Virus record (IMG/VR): IMGVR_UViG_3300021137_000001
Span: 186,001-250,000 of that record
DNA length: 64,000 nt
Strand: one strand, 5' to 3'
The position numbers and the translations under genes are program-made. Of this stretch, positions 47,296 to 57,369 are shown one piece after another. The notes beneath the pieces are model-generated. The model was not told the origin of the DNA. It ran no database searches and was given only the letters and a program-made list of their open reading frames with translations. The first letter of the stretch is position 1; each line of letters begins with the position of its first letter.

Positions 47296-49368
47296 ATGTC
47301 TGCAGCATATAAAATAAGATTAATTAATAAAACAGGTGCTATCCGTTATCCTCTTTCACTACTATGGGCCACAGCAAAAACATATTACGAAGAAAATAGC
47401 AAACATGCCGACTTATGGGATTGGGGCGAAGCCGATTACGATTATTCAGACATCGACGCACTGATTAATCGATTGATAGATGAACAGCCAACTATTGTTG
47501 GATTTAGTGTGTACCTTTGGAATGAATCTGTTGTTTTACTTATGTCGGAAAAATTAAAAGATGCAATGCCCAATCTCATTATTGTATATGGTGGGCCACA
47601 GCAAGATATAAAATTCAATGGTGATTATTTCAAAGATCGTCCTTATACTGATTTGATTGTTCCTAGTGATGCATACGGCGAAGGATCTATATATGATATA
47701 TTAGAAAACATCGTTAATAATAATGGTATACTAGATGCACCGTTAGTTCCGTATTCGTATTGGCCAAACCAATCTCGCGAAGTACAGTTCAACAGTTTGT
47801 CTCCGAAGAAAAGAGATTTTAAATGGCCAAAAAATGCACTCAGGGCACAAGAGAAACATATAATTCCGTTAATTAAAAAAGCCAAAGATGCAAACATAGG
47901 CAATATTTGGATACAGATGGAAACCAGTCGAGGATGTCCATATAAATGTAGTTTTTGTGACTGGGGTGGCGGAACATTTACTAAAACAGTTAAGAAAGAT
48001 TTTGGTTTTGTCATGGATGAAATAACATGGGCAGGCGAAAACCAAATTGATGGGTTATTCTTTTGTGATGCAAATTTTGGTCTTTTTTCTATAGATATAG
48101 AATATATTAAACATTGCATAAAAATGAAAGAAAAATACGGGTATCCTAAGTTTGTAAATATACAACCTACTAAGACTAAAATTGACAATTTATATCAAGT
48201 ATACTTACTATTATCAAATGCAGATATGCTAGCGTATTATAGTATCTCAATTCAAGACCTGAATGACGATGTTAAAAAGAATGTAGATCGAATTGACTTT
48301 AGTTTCGAAGATCAGGTACAGATGTTTAGAAAATTACAAACAAATGCAGACAGATATTTGCCAGTTTGGATCGAAACTATTATGGGTTTGCCGGGATCTT
48401 CAATCAATACCATAAAAGAAAGTATACATCGTATTAATTTAGAAAAATTACCATTTCCGATTGGCTATGTATGGGCTCTGCTGCCTGCGGCGCCCGCATA
48501 TGATCCCGAATACAGAAAACAATATAAAATAAAAACAATCAAAGGTAAAACATCAGCCGGTATGGGCAGCGGAACACCGTTGAGGGAGAAACCAAATAGG
48601 ACTATGGACCCTGGTGTTAATAAAACAGTAGCCGATACTGCTGATACAATGACAGAATATGTAGTAGAAACTATGTCGTATAATTCCAACGACTGGGTCA
48701 ACATGAATATGCTGTCAATATTTACTGCATCTACTCAATCATCTGAAATTTTAGATCTAGTATCACATTATATGTGGCAAGAACATAAAGTTAACTACGG
48801 TGATCTTTTTCATGAAATAATGAATACAGTACTTTATGACGAGCGAGTAGATTATGAATTTAGAAAGGAAATGTCTAATTTAAAACTAGCATACGATACT
48901 TGGTTAACTGATAGTAAAAGTGATGTCTTTTGTGATTTTAAAGATGAATTTGCATTTACTATTTCTCCAGTTATCTATTATATTTTTATTATTCTTATTA
49001 ATACTGATAAGTTTTTTGACGGAGTAATACTTGCTATTAGTAAATTTGTCGAAGTAGATGATCGTATCTTAGATCTATGTCATTTTTCAAAAAATAGATT
49101 ATTGGATATCACTTATCGTCCAGGAAGAATTTTTAGTACACAATACGATTGGCCTAAATATAATAAAGAAGGTATATTAGATCATACACCAAAAACTTAT
49201 CAAATTACTGATACAGAAGTATTTACTGGGAAGGTGTGGTTTCCAATTGATTGGGAATTATATGAAGGTACCCTTAATTATTATTCACATTATATCTACA
49301 GAGTATGTTATGATATGCGATCCAAAAAAACTTCAGTCAATATGAATGAACTTGACTTAACAGTTTAA
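47296..49368 (+). CDS. Radical SAM enzyme with N-terminal B12-binding-like domain
   Basis: GFSVYLWN, YGGP, ETSRGCPYKCSFCDW, DANFG, IMGLPG. Confidence 0.85.
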   Translation: MSAAYKIRLINKTGAIRYPLSLLWATAKTYYEENSKHADLWDWGEADYDYSDIDALINRLIDEQPTIVGFSVYLWNESVVLLMSEKLKDAMPNLIIVYGGPQQDIKFNGDYFKDRPYTDLIVPSDAYGEGSIYDILENIVNNNGILDAPLVPYSYWPNQSREVQFNSLSPKKRDFKWPKNALRAQEKHIIPLIKKAKDANIGNIWIQMETSRGCPYKCSFCDWGGGTFTKTVKKDFGFVMDEITWAGENQIDGLFFCDANFGLFSIDIEYIKHCIKMKEKYGYPKFVNIQPTKTKIDNLYQVYLLLSNADMLAYYSISIQDLNDDVKKNVDRIDFSFEDQVQMFRKLQTNADRYLPVWIETIMGLPGSSINTIKESIHRINLEKLPFPIGYVWALLPAAPAYDPEYRKQYKIKTIKGKTSAGMGSGTPLREKPNRTMDPGVNKTVADTADTMTEYVVETMSYNSNDWVNMNMLSIFTASTQSSEILDLVSHYMWQEHKVNYGDLFHEIMNTVLYDERVDYEFRKEMSNLKLAYDTWLTDSKSDVFCDFKDEFAFTISPVIYYIFIILINTDKFFDGVILAISKFVEVDDRILDLCHFSKNRLLDITYRPGRIFSTQYDWPKYNKEGILDHTPKTYQITDTEVFTGKVWFPIDWELYEGTLNYYSHYIYRVCYDMRSKKTSVNMNELDLTV

Positions 49369-49380
49369 TTATAGTATAAT
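49352..49380 (+). promoter_or_regulatory. Sigma70-type promoter for queE
   Basis: TTGACT-N17-TATAAT. Confidence 0.8.
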
Positions 49381-49408
49381 TAATTATCAATAAGAAAGAG
49401 ATACAATT

Positions 49409-50257
49409 ATGAAATTAAAAGTTAGTGAGATATTTTATTCAGCGCAAGGTGAAGGACGCTTTATTGGCGTTCCGTCGTTATTTCTGCGTACATTTGGCTG
49501 TAACTTTACCTGCGGTGGCTTTGGTATGCCACGCGGCACAGTTAGTGCAGAGCGCAATGTAATTAAAGTCGAACAATACAAGTCGTACAATGACCTACCA
49601 CTTGTTAATACAGGGTGCGATAGTTACGCAAGCTGGGATCCGAAATTTAAAAGTTTAAGTCCGTTATTATCTATAGACGAAACAGTTAAGCAAATGCTTG
49701 ATGTTATTCCCAATAACAATTGGCAACAAACAAATGGTAATAACGTGCATTTAGTTATTACAGGCGGTGAGCCGTTATTAGGATGGCAACGTGCGTTTCC
49801 TAAGTTGTTAGATCATGCTGATATGGCAAACTTACAGAATCTTACGTTTGAAACAAACGGCACACAGGCGTTACATGCAGACTTTGCTAGATATTTACAA
49901 GTATGGTCTGCTACACGTGGAGAAGTTACATTTAGTGTAAGCCCTAAACTATCAGCAAGTGGGGAAACTTGGGAAGATGCTATTAAACCCGAGATTGTAA
50001 ACAGTTACGAGTTTGCTGGTACAACGTATCTCAAGTTTGTTATCGAAACACCAAATGACTTCGATGAAGTTGATCGCGCTGTAGTTGCATATAGAACAGC
50101 AGGCTTTACTGGTATGGTTTATGTTATGCCTGTTGGTGGTGTTGTTAGCGTATATGATGGTAACAAGTTCCATATTGCAGACGAAGCAATGAAACGCGGT
50201 TATTATTACAGTCCACGACTTCATATCGAACTTTGGGGCAATTCTTGGGGAAAATGA
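49409..50257 (+). CDS. queE: 7-carboxy-7-deazaguanine synthase
   Basis: EIFYSAQGEG..G.P.LFLRTFGCN..C, GCDS, VITGGEP, FETNG, SVSPKL, PRLH. Confidence 0.9.
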   Translation: MKLKVSEIFYSAQGEGRFIGVPSLFLRTFGCNFTCGGFGMPRGTVSAERNVIKVEQYKSYNDLPLVNTGCDSYASWDPKFKSLSPLLSIDETVKQMLDVIPNNNWQQTNGNNVHLVITGGEPLLGWQRAFPKLLDHADMANLQNLTFETNGTQALHADFARYLQVWSATRGEVTFSVSPKLSASGETWEDAIKPEIVNSYEFAGTTYLKFVIETPNDFDEVDRAVVAYRTAGFTGMVYVMPVGGVVSVYDGNKFHIADEAMKRGYYYSPRLHIELWGNSWGK

Positions 50258-50379
50258 TGTTTAAACGATTTATAGCATGGGTTAAAGAATGGCACGAGAC
50301 GTTAAGTGATCCAACAAATTGGGATGATAGCAACGATCCTTGCCCGTATAAATGTAATTGTGATAAGGACAACAAATAA
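50254..50379 (+). CDS. Small hypothetical protein (41 aa, not in the ORF track)
   Basis: Exactly fills the gap with ATGA and TAATG coupling at the two ends. Confidence 0.55.
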   Translation: MMFKRFIAWVKEWHETLSDPTNWDDSNDPCPYKCNCDKDNK

Positions 50380-50828
50380 TGTGGAAAAAAATTAAAGCAA
50401 CACTAGGTTTAAACAAAGCAGAGCTAGCAGAAGCCGAAGCCAAAGCGATGGCCGCGAGCGAAGCACGAACTAAACGTGCAGAAGCAAAAGCCGAAGCTAA
50501 AGCAGAGAAAGCCAAAGTTAAAGTGCTATCGGCTAAAGACGAAGCAACTGCAAACGGTCAGCCGTGGGTAGAAGTACTTGGCATTGAAGTAGACGAAGCT
50601 GATCCAGGACAAGGTGCGTTTGAACTTGACTGGAATGATGTGTTTATCACTAAATTGGTACGTGCAGGCTTCCAAGGTAAAACAGATCAAGACTTAGTCG
50701 ACAACTGGTTTAAAGCAGTATGTCGCAATGTAGTAACAGAAACATACGAACAAGATCAAGCCGACCCAGAAAAACGTGCAGAATCACGTAGACGTGACTT
50801 AGGTAACGGCAGAACAGAAGTATCTTGA
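50379..50828 (+). CDS. Hypothetical protein with Ala/Glu/Lys-rich N-terminus
   Basis: PWVEVL..GAFELDWN..VDNWF..VCRN. Confidence 0.75.
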   Translation: MWKKIKATLGLNKAELAEAEAKAMAASEARTKRAEAKAEAKAEKAKVKVLSAKDEATANGQPWVEVLGIEVDEADPGQGAFELDWNDVFITKLVRAGFQGKTDQDLVDNWFKAVCRNVVTETYEQDQADPEKRAESRRRDLGNGRTEVS

Positions 50829-50831
50829 CAT

Positions 50832-51413
50832 TTAACTGGCGTTGTTTATTAGGAAATTCTTATATTGTTCGTGTGTTCCAGCAAATCTTAAAATCATTTG
50901 ATAGTTAAGTTTATGCTCCGTGCACCAAAGTTTTAATTTAGAAGTAATGATAGTATTTCCACTGATAGTATCAACTATATTCCATGTTTGACTGTTTGAT
51001 CTACTTATGTTCTGTTTGTGAGTATTAGTTTTAGGCTTTGATACGGCTTCAATCACTGTTTGTGGGCGCGGTTTTCCTTTTTTGGACTCTGAAATTCGTT
51101 TACGTCCTTGCCAAGTAATTCCAGTGTCTCCGCCGGTTTCTCCGTTCTCTAACATTAGATTAGCCCACTCAGATGATTCTACAATTTTATTCTTTTCCGA
51201 AAAGTTTATAGCAAATTCTGTTAATTCTTTTTTGTTGTTAAATAGTTTGCACCAAATAGTTTCTATATTATATCCGTGCTTTTTTAAGTGATTATTCCAA
51301 TACACACCTGATCCGGTATATTTATATGGGTCTTGTTTTGTTTTACCAAAGTACTTTAATCCTGTTGCGGTATGTTGTTTAATATACAACCAAGTTGGGG
51401 TATAAATAGTCAT
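50832..51413 (-). mobile_element. Free-standing GIY-YIG (Seg-like) endonuclease
   Basis: WLYIKQH..GLKYFGKT, YTGSG, WANL..E.G..GG. Confidence 0.75.
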
Positions 51414-51480
51414 GCTGACATAGTTCCTTTATGTTAGAGTAGTTGGATGTTGTCGCATCGCGAACTACACTTCTATTTAT
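51411..51480 (-). promoter_or_regulatory. Conserved 5' leader element of GIY-YIG genes, copy 1
   Basis: ATAAATA, then GUAGUU-CGC-GAUG-N6-CAUC-C-AACUAC hairpin, then SD/AUG hairpin. Confidence 0.8.
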
Positions 51481-51555
51481 CCAAAATACTAGTTGACTTA
51501 ACCATAGTAATGTGCTATTATATACTATAATTAAGTGTTAAGGAAGTAATAAATC

Positions 51556-52578
51556 ATGCGTTATTTAATCGTAGATGCAGCAAACACATTCTTCAGAGCC
51601 AGACATAGTGCGCACAGACAAAGTGACACGTGGGATAAGCTGGGCTTTGCCATTCATGTTACCTTAGCTAGTATTAACAAAGCGTGGCGGGATCAAAAAG
51701 CTGACCATGTTATTATTTGTTTAGAAGGGCGTAGCTGGCGTAAAACTTTCTACACTCCTTACAAAGCGAATCGTGCTGTTGCCCGTGCCGCTAAGACAGA
51801 AGCAGAGCAAGAAGAAGAACAAATGTTTTGGGACGCTTTTGACGCTATGAAAACATTCCTAAGCGAAAAGACTAACTGCACAGTATTACAACATGGCGAG
51901 TTAGAAGCAGATGACTTAGTTGCTGGCTGGATACAAACACACCCAAATGACCATCACACTATTGTTTCTAGTGACACAGACTTCTATCAGTTACTAAGTG
52001 AAAATGTTAATCAGTATAATGGTATTAGTGATGAATTACATACTCTTACTGGTATTTTAGATAAACGTGGTAAACTTGTTATAGATAAGAAAACTAAATT
52101 ACCTAAAGTTATTCCAGATCCTAAGTATATTCTATTTGAAAAATGTGTACGCGGTGATCCAACTGACAACATCTTTAGTGCATATCCTGGTGTGCGGTCT
52201 AAGGGTACTAAGAACAAAGTTGGGTTAGAAGAAGCATATGGAGATAAAGATAAACAAGGATATGCGTGGAATAACTTAATGCTACAACGCTGGACTGATC
52301 ATAACGGTGTAGAACATAGAGTATTAGATGATTATAATCGCAATGTTACCCTAGTTGATTTAAATGCACAGCCTGCACAGTACAGAGTATTCATAGAAGA
52401 AACTATTAAGTCCAATGCAGTTGCATTAAATCGTCCAATGATTGGTGCACAGTTTCTTAAGTTCTGTGGCAAATATGATCTTGTTAAACTTAGCGATAAT
52501 GCAAGTGCAATGGCGCAATGGATGGGCGCAGGTTATCCACCAGAAGCAGTTACAATGTATCACTTAATTAATACGTAG
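51556..52578 (+). CDS. rnh: T4 RNase H-like 5'-3' exonuclease / flap nuclease
   Basis: LIVDAAN, YKANR, LEADD, SSDTDF, GDPTDNI..PGV. Confidence 0.9.
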   Translation: MRYLIVDAANTFFRARHSAHRQSDTWDKLGFAIHVTLASINKAWRDQKADHVIICLEGRSWRKTFYTPYKANRAVARAAKTEAEQEEEQMFWDAFDAMKTFLSEKTNCTVLQHGELEADDLVAGWIQTHPNDHHTIVSSDTDFYQLLSENVNQYNGISDELHTLTGILDKRGKLVIDKKTKLPKVIPDPKYILFEKCVRGDPTDNIFSAYPGVRSKGTKNKVGLEEAYGDKDKQGYAWNNLMLQRWTDHNGVEHRVLDDYNRNVTLVDLNAQPAQYRVFIEETIKSNAVALNRPMIGAQFLKFCGKYDLVKLSDNASAMAQWMGAGYPPEAVTMYHLINT

Positions 52579-52579
52579 A

Positions 52580-52744
52580 ATGAGCCAAGATACAGATTTT
52601 TCAGGATTCGGTGGATGGACGTGGATAGCATTAGCGGCACTCGATGGGTATTTTTTTCATTTTACGTATACTATAATGATAGTAAAGTTAGCATGGGCAC
52701 TTCTGTCTATAGGGTGGATGTTTTTTAGTTGGTTTTGGTTTTAA
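52580..52744 (+). CDS. Small membrane protein (54 aa, not in the ORF track)
   Basis: Trp/Phe-rich ORF filling the gap. Confidence 0.55.
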   Translation: MSQDTDFSGFGGWTWIALAALDGYFFHFTYTIMIVKLAWALLSIGWMFFSWFWF

Positions 52745-52757
52745 TGAAAGAAAATAA

Positions 52758-53348
52758 ATGATAGAAAAGTCACAAAAGTTTTTAGCGTTAGACTTAGAAT
52801 TAAACCAACCGAGTGGTAAGATCATTCAGGTTGGTATTGCCATTGGCAGTGCAAATGATAAGTTTGAAAATTACATTGTTAAGAAGTGGTATATCGATCC
52901 AAAAGAACCAATTAGTGACTTTATTATTGGCTTAACTGGCATTACCGACCACGATATTAGATTAAATTGCGTAAGTCACGAAACAGTTGCACGTGAGCTT
53001 AGTGAGCTAATTAAACAACATAACACTTGGATTAACCCAATTACTTGGGGTGGTGGAGATAGTAGAGAACTATTAGATGAGTTCTGCAAAAACTATGCCG
53101 ACTTCCCACACTTTGGCCGTCGTTGGATCGATACAAAGACTTGGTATACGTTTATGATGTTTGCACGTGGCAAGAATCCAAGCGGTGGACTTGCAAGTGC
53201 TATGGGTGCGTTTAAAATGCATTTTAAGGGCACTGCACACAGAGCAGATATCGACGCAGTTAATACACTTGCATTATTCTTCAAGCTAATTGATCGTCAA
53301 CGCAAGATGGAATATCTACTATCTGCCGCACATGATATTAAATCTTAG
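52758..53348 (+). CDS. DEDDh 3'-5' exonuclease (DnaQ-like)
   Basis: ALDLE, LTGIT, WG..D, IDTK, AHRADIDA. Confidence 0.88.
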   Translation: MIEKSQKFLALDLELNQPSGKIIQVGIAIGSANDKFENYIVKKWYIDPKEPISDFIIGLTGITDHDIRLNCVSHETVARELSELIKQHNTWINPITWGGGDSRELLDEFCKNYADFPHFGRRWIDTKTWYTFMMFARGKNPSGGLASAMGAFKMHFKGTAHRADIDAVNTLALFFKLIDRQRKMEYLLSAAHDIKS

Positions 53349-54015
53349 TGCGGCCCAATACAAAACCGTCAGCGGGACATTCTTTAGAAAATTTTTGAAT
53401 GTCCCCATTAGTCCACCATCGCTTTTCTTTGTTTACGGCAGCACCTAATGCGGCACCCACATTGTTGAATTTTAATCTACCTCGTATATACGAACTATCT
53501 GGAGCAGTCGGAGTAAAACATTGTTCCACGCCGTTGTTCCACCATTTATTATTCTTACGCTGTATACCCATTTCTATTTTTTGTTCTTCTGTGAACTTTT
53601 GTAAACCTTTATGTGCTCGTCCTATTTTTAATTTAGTAGCATCTGTCATCGGTAGACGCTGTAGATGTGCTGCCACTAACTTTGCTCGCTTACTGTCGGT
53701 GATTTTAACATTCGGTGCTCCGTCACCTCCATCTGTTAAATTAAGCAATATACCAGTGCCCAAATCCTTACGTCCATACCACGCAATTATTCTACGCTCA
53801 ATAGCAAACGCACCGATTTCAGTTAAATTAGTTTCAAGTATTGTGATATTCGATTTATCAGCAGGCACAGCAACACCTCGGGGGCCGTTACGATGCTGTT
53901 GATATGCTCTATTGTTCTTACCTTTGCCTATATAGTAAGGAGTGCCTGCTTTGGCTGTAGTGGAATCTTTATCTCGCAGGTATGCGTAGACGTAATAAAT
54001 AGTATTGCTGAACAT
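53338..54015 (-). mobile_element. Free-standing GIY-YIG endonuclease
   Basis: YYVYAYLR..PYYIGKG..R, E..II..YGRKD..LLNLTDGGDG, two WWxNG repeats. Confidence 0.8.
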
Positions 54016-54080
54016 ATAACCCTCCCAGGTTGTTTAGAGTAGTTGGATATTTCCGTATCGCGAACTACACTATTATTTAT
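54013..54080 (-). promoter_or_regulatory. Conserved 5' leader element of GIY-YIG genes, copy 2
   Basis: ATAAATA, then GUAGUU-CGC-GAUA-N6-UAUC-C-AACUAC hairpin. Confidence 0.8.
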
Positions 54081-54151
54081 CAAAAATACTTGCTCTTCTT
54101 CTTTTTTTCGTATATACTAACAGTTAAATCAACTAATAAAGGACATCAAAT

Positions 54152-54703
54152 ATGTTATGGACAATAGACAAAGAATTTCACTTCGAAATGGGGCATCGGG
54201 TATGGGCACAGAAATTAGATCGCCCAGATTTAAGTATTGAAACAGACTGCCAGTGCCGCCACCTCCACGGTCATTCCTATTCTATTAAGGTATTCCTAGG
54301 AGCAGATACCTTAGACCAAAGTGCTATGGTTACAGACTTTAAGAACTTAAACTTTATGAAAGAGTTTGTGGATAATGTATTAGATCATAAGTTTATGATT
54401 GATATTAATGATCCAAACTTTGAAATTATTACAAGTGTTAGCCCAAAGTTTACTGATAATATTGGAGAGTTTAAGAACTTTATAAACTTAGGTGAAGTAT
54501 TTGGCGTAGGTATTCCTGGTTTAGTAGACGCAGATAGACAATTACATATGAACAGCTTCGTATTAGTAGACTTTGTTCCTACAAGCGAAAACATCTGTAA
54601 GTATTTGAAACTGTATGCTCAAGAGCGTATTGGCGATTTTGCCACAGTAACAGCCGTTGAACTTTGGGAAACTAAAAAATCACATTGTAGATACGAGGAT
54701 TAA
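54152..54703 (+). CDS. queD: 6-carboxytetrahydropterin synthase
   Basis: FEMGHR, CRHLHGHSY, VTDF, LDH, PTSEN, WET. Confidence 0.9.
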   Translation: MLWTIDKEFHFEMGHRVWAQKLDRPDLSIETDCQCRHLHGHSYSIKVFLGADTLDQSAMVTDFKNLNFMKEFVDNVLDHKFMIDINDPNFEIITSVSPKFTDNIGEFKNFINLGEVFGVGIPGLVDADRQLHMNSFVLVDFVPTSENICKYLKLYAQERIGDFATVTAVELWETKKSHCRYED

Positions 54704-54786
54704 AATGTCAGCATTAAATGTTAGAGTAGATCGTATTGACTGGTGGGAAACTCCCAAGTCACGTAGTACTTTTATTAGGGGTTAAT

Positions 54787-55149
54787 ATGAACACAACTGC
54801 CTTTATCTTACTAGCATTATTTGGCGTTAAGCACTTTATTGCCGACTTCTTAATGCAATCTGAATACATGCTACGTGAGAAGGGTACATATGGTGCTGAT
54901 GGTGGTATTCATCATGCAGCGGTACATGCGGCATTTACTTTCTTAATTCTTGTGTTCTTTGCGCATAGTGCTAACGATATTATTATGCTTGCACTAGCAG
55001 ATGGTGTTATACATTATCACATCGACTGGGTTAAGCAAAAACTAAATAAAGGCCTCAGCCCTGCTGATCGCATGTTTTGGGTATGGATGGGCGCAGATCA
55101 AGGGTTACATTACTTAACATATATTGGAATTATCTATGCAGTTGCTTAA
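54787..55149 (+). CDS. DUF3307-like membrane protein
   Basis: KHFIADF..Q, H...H, HYHID..K, DQGLH. Confidence 0.75.
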   Translation: MNTTAFILLALFGVKHFIADFLMQSEYMLREKGTYGADGGIHHAAVHAAFTFLILVFFAHSANDIIMLALADGVIHYHIDWVKQKLNKGLSPADRMFWVWMGADQGLHYLTYIGIIYAVA

Positions 55150-55216
55150 ACAAAAAACAAAAGAATGCCCACTTACAGCTACTTGCCCTGAAGTGGCTAC
55201 TTGCGGAGGACCAGTT

Positions 55217-55723
55217 ATGACATTACTAGCAAGATCAGTGGTTAAGAATAAGTGCTGGATTGTTGAACAAGATGGTACTAAGATTGCAACTATTCATGCA
55301 AACGAACAAGGTGTAACTTTAGTACAGAATACTACCCGTGAACAGTTTCCTAATCTTAAAACACTTAGTGATAGATATAATATCATTATTGACAAATCCA
55401 AGCCAGCTAAAGTAGCAAAAGAAACGCATAACGTTCATGGATATCCTTGCGATAATAAACCACAGAATGAACTATGGGATTTGCATCATAAACTACCAGT
55501 GTTTACCAAAGGTAGTAAAAGCAAAAGTTTCTTCTGTGCTGGATATTATATTGTACAGTTTAACAACGGATGGGTTAAAAGTTATTGTCCTAAGTTTATT
55601 ACACTTAATAGATATCCGTATCAAGGACCATTTAAAACAGTCGAAGAACGAAATGCACAGTTAAAAATAGCAAACGGAGGTTACGATGGAGAATCAACTA
55701 AGTCTACACTTAAAGGCATTTAA
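55217..55723 (+). CDS. Hypothetical protein
   Basis: GGAGGA SD before ATG 55217; SKSFFCAGYY..CPK. Confidence 0.7.
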   Translation: MTLLARSVVKNKCWIVEQDGTKIATIHANEQGVTLVQNTTREQFPNLKTLSDRYNIIIDKSKPAKVAKETHNVHGYPCDNKPQNELWDLHHKLPVFTKGSKSKSFFCAGYYIVQFNNGWVKSYCPKFITLNRYPYQGPFKTVEERNAQLKIANGGYDGESTKSTLKGI

Positions 55724-55904
55724 CAATCGGGTTAAAGTAATGAATCAAACTAACAGCAAGGACTTAACATTATCTGCGCTGGATGCACGTAATCTACATA
55801 ATGATTTGTTTGAATTGCTTACACAGATTGCGGCGCTGACTGCAATTAAAGAAGCAGAAGAAAGTACAGTAGTAAACGTAGAGATGGATGGTGGTGGATT
55901 TTAG
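55686..55904 (+). CDS. Hypothetical protein
   Basis: GGAGG SD; ends MDGGGF. Confidence 0.75.
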   Translation: MENQLSLHLKAFNNRVKVMNQTNSKDLTLSALDARNLHNDLFELLTQIAALTAIKEAEESTVVNVEMDGGGF

Positions 55905-55954
55905 TATAAAGTATGTAGTTAATTGGCATAAATAACTGTAAGTAGGAATTATTA

Positions 55955-56242
55955 ATGTCACGCCCAAAACCAACAGTTCTATTAGAGCATGTAAACAAAA
56001 CAAACTATAAAAGCGACCAGATACTAGATTCAGAAGGTATCTGGGCTGTATTCTTTGATGCACAACCAATCAATCTAAAAACACAAAACATACTTGTGGC
56101 ATATCCTGGACCAAAGTATAAGAAAGTTTCATTTAGTAACAAAGGACATGCAATCAACCTTGCTAAGAAACTCAATGCACTGTTTAAGTCAGATAAGTTT
56201 TCAGTTGTGCTATTAACCGGTGGAACCCAAATCTACCCGTAA
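55955..56242 (+). CDS. Hypothetical protein
   Basis: Follows ATAAATA; MSRPKP, YPGPKYKK. Confidence 0.75.
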   Translation: MSRPKPTVLLEHVNKTNYKSDQILDSEGIWAVFFDAQPINLKTQNILVAYPGPKYKKVSFSNKGHAINLAKKLNALFKSDKFSVVLLTGGTQIYP

Positions 56243-56959
56243 TTTACAATTGTTACCATGCCATCTAGTATACATAGCAATAGCACAATCTCTCCCACAA
56301 TACTCGCATATCTTCCTAGGATGTACTATTCCTAATTTTGCTCGACGCATCTTTTCTTTAGTGTCAGTCGATCGCTGTATATTAGCAGATAGCATAGTTT
56401 CAGAAGTTTTCTTTTTTGTAGACATCGACGGGGTTCTAGTTTTGCCAAACTCTGATAATCTTTTTCTAGTTTCTAGCGAATGAGTTTTGCCAAGCATAGG
56501 GCCTATTCTTCCTTTAAGTTTTTGTTTTTGCTCATCGGTTAATTTTGTTCCTTTTTTCTGTAAAGACATTTTGGCCCGAGTCTCGTCGGAATGTTTCTTA
56601 CCATAAAAGTGATTTCCGTGTCCGATCATTTTATTTTTCAGATACTTACTACGTTCTTGTTTTATAATCGTATAAATTCTAGAATTTATACATCTACCAT
56701 TATGATCATTTGCTAATCTTAAGGCAGCATTTACCATTTTTGCTTTATTTTCGCCTGTTAACATTTTAGTTAGTAATAAGTGACATACAAAATGTTCGCG
56801 TGGCATTAGTTTAACAATATTATCTTTCTTATTTGTGCCGCCTAAACTTTTAGGAAGAATATGATGTTTTTCTATATAAATCGATGATTCGAGTTCTCTT
56901 ATTTGTGCCGCTTCTATAATATTAAAATAATATCGAGTATATTTATTGTGTAAATACAT
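56213..56959 (-). mobile_element. Free-standing HNH homing endonuclease with NUMOD3 repeats
   Basis: EKHHILPKSLGG..N...L..REHFVCH; GKKHSDET and GKTHSLET repeats; C-terminal CEYC. Confidence 0.85.
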
Positions 56960-57012
56960 TATGTTTAATCAACCTTTAATTAGTAATACATACTTATTTA
57001 TACAAAATAATC

Positions 57013-57369
57013 ATGGCACTCATTAAGTCACGTGCCGAATCTCCGCAGTCAATTTGGCAAGATAAGTTTTATCAAATAATCCCATACGCAGTAAATCCAA
57101 GTATGTGGTGGTATAATCCAACTAATCACAATAGTCTACGTCTTACGCAAAATGCGTATCTCACAATGCGTAAGCACATTAGATTTTATAAATTCAAATT
57201 ATTACACGAAATACGACCCAAGACCTTTGTACAGTTAGAACGCTACTTTGCAGAGCCTTACTATGTACAAAATCGTTCCACTATCCATATTGTCAGTGAC
57301 CGTGATGCTATGATGTTAGGGTTACATGCCAACGATTTACAACAATATTTAGATAACCAAAGTCTGTAA
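57013..57369 (+). CDS. Hypothetical protein
   Basis: WWYNP..SLRLT, PYY. Confidence 0.7.
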   Translation: MALIKSRAESPQSIWQDKFYQIIPYAVNPSMWWYNPTNHNSLRLTQNAYLTMRKHIRFYKFKLLHEIRPKTFVQLERYFAEPYYVQNRSTIHIVSDRDAMMLGLHANDLQQYLDNQSL

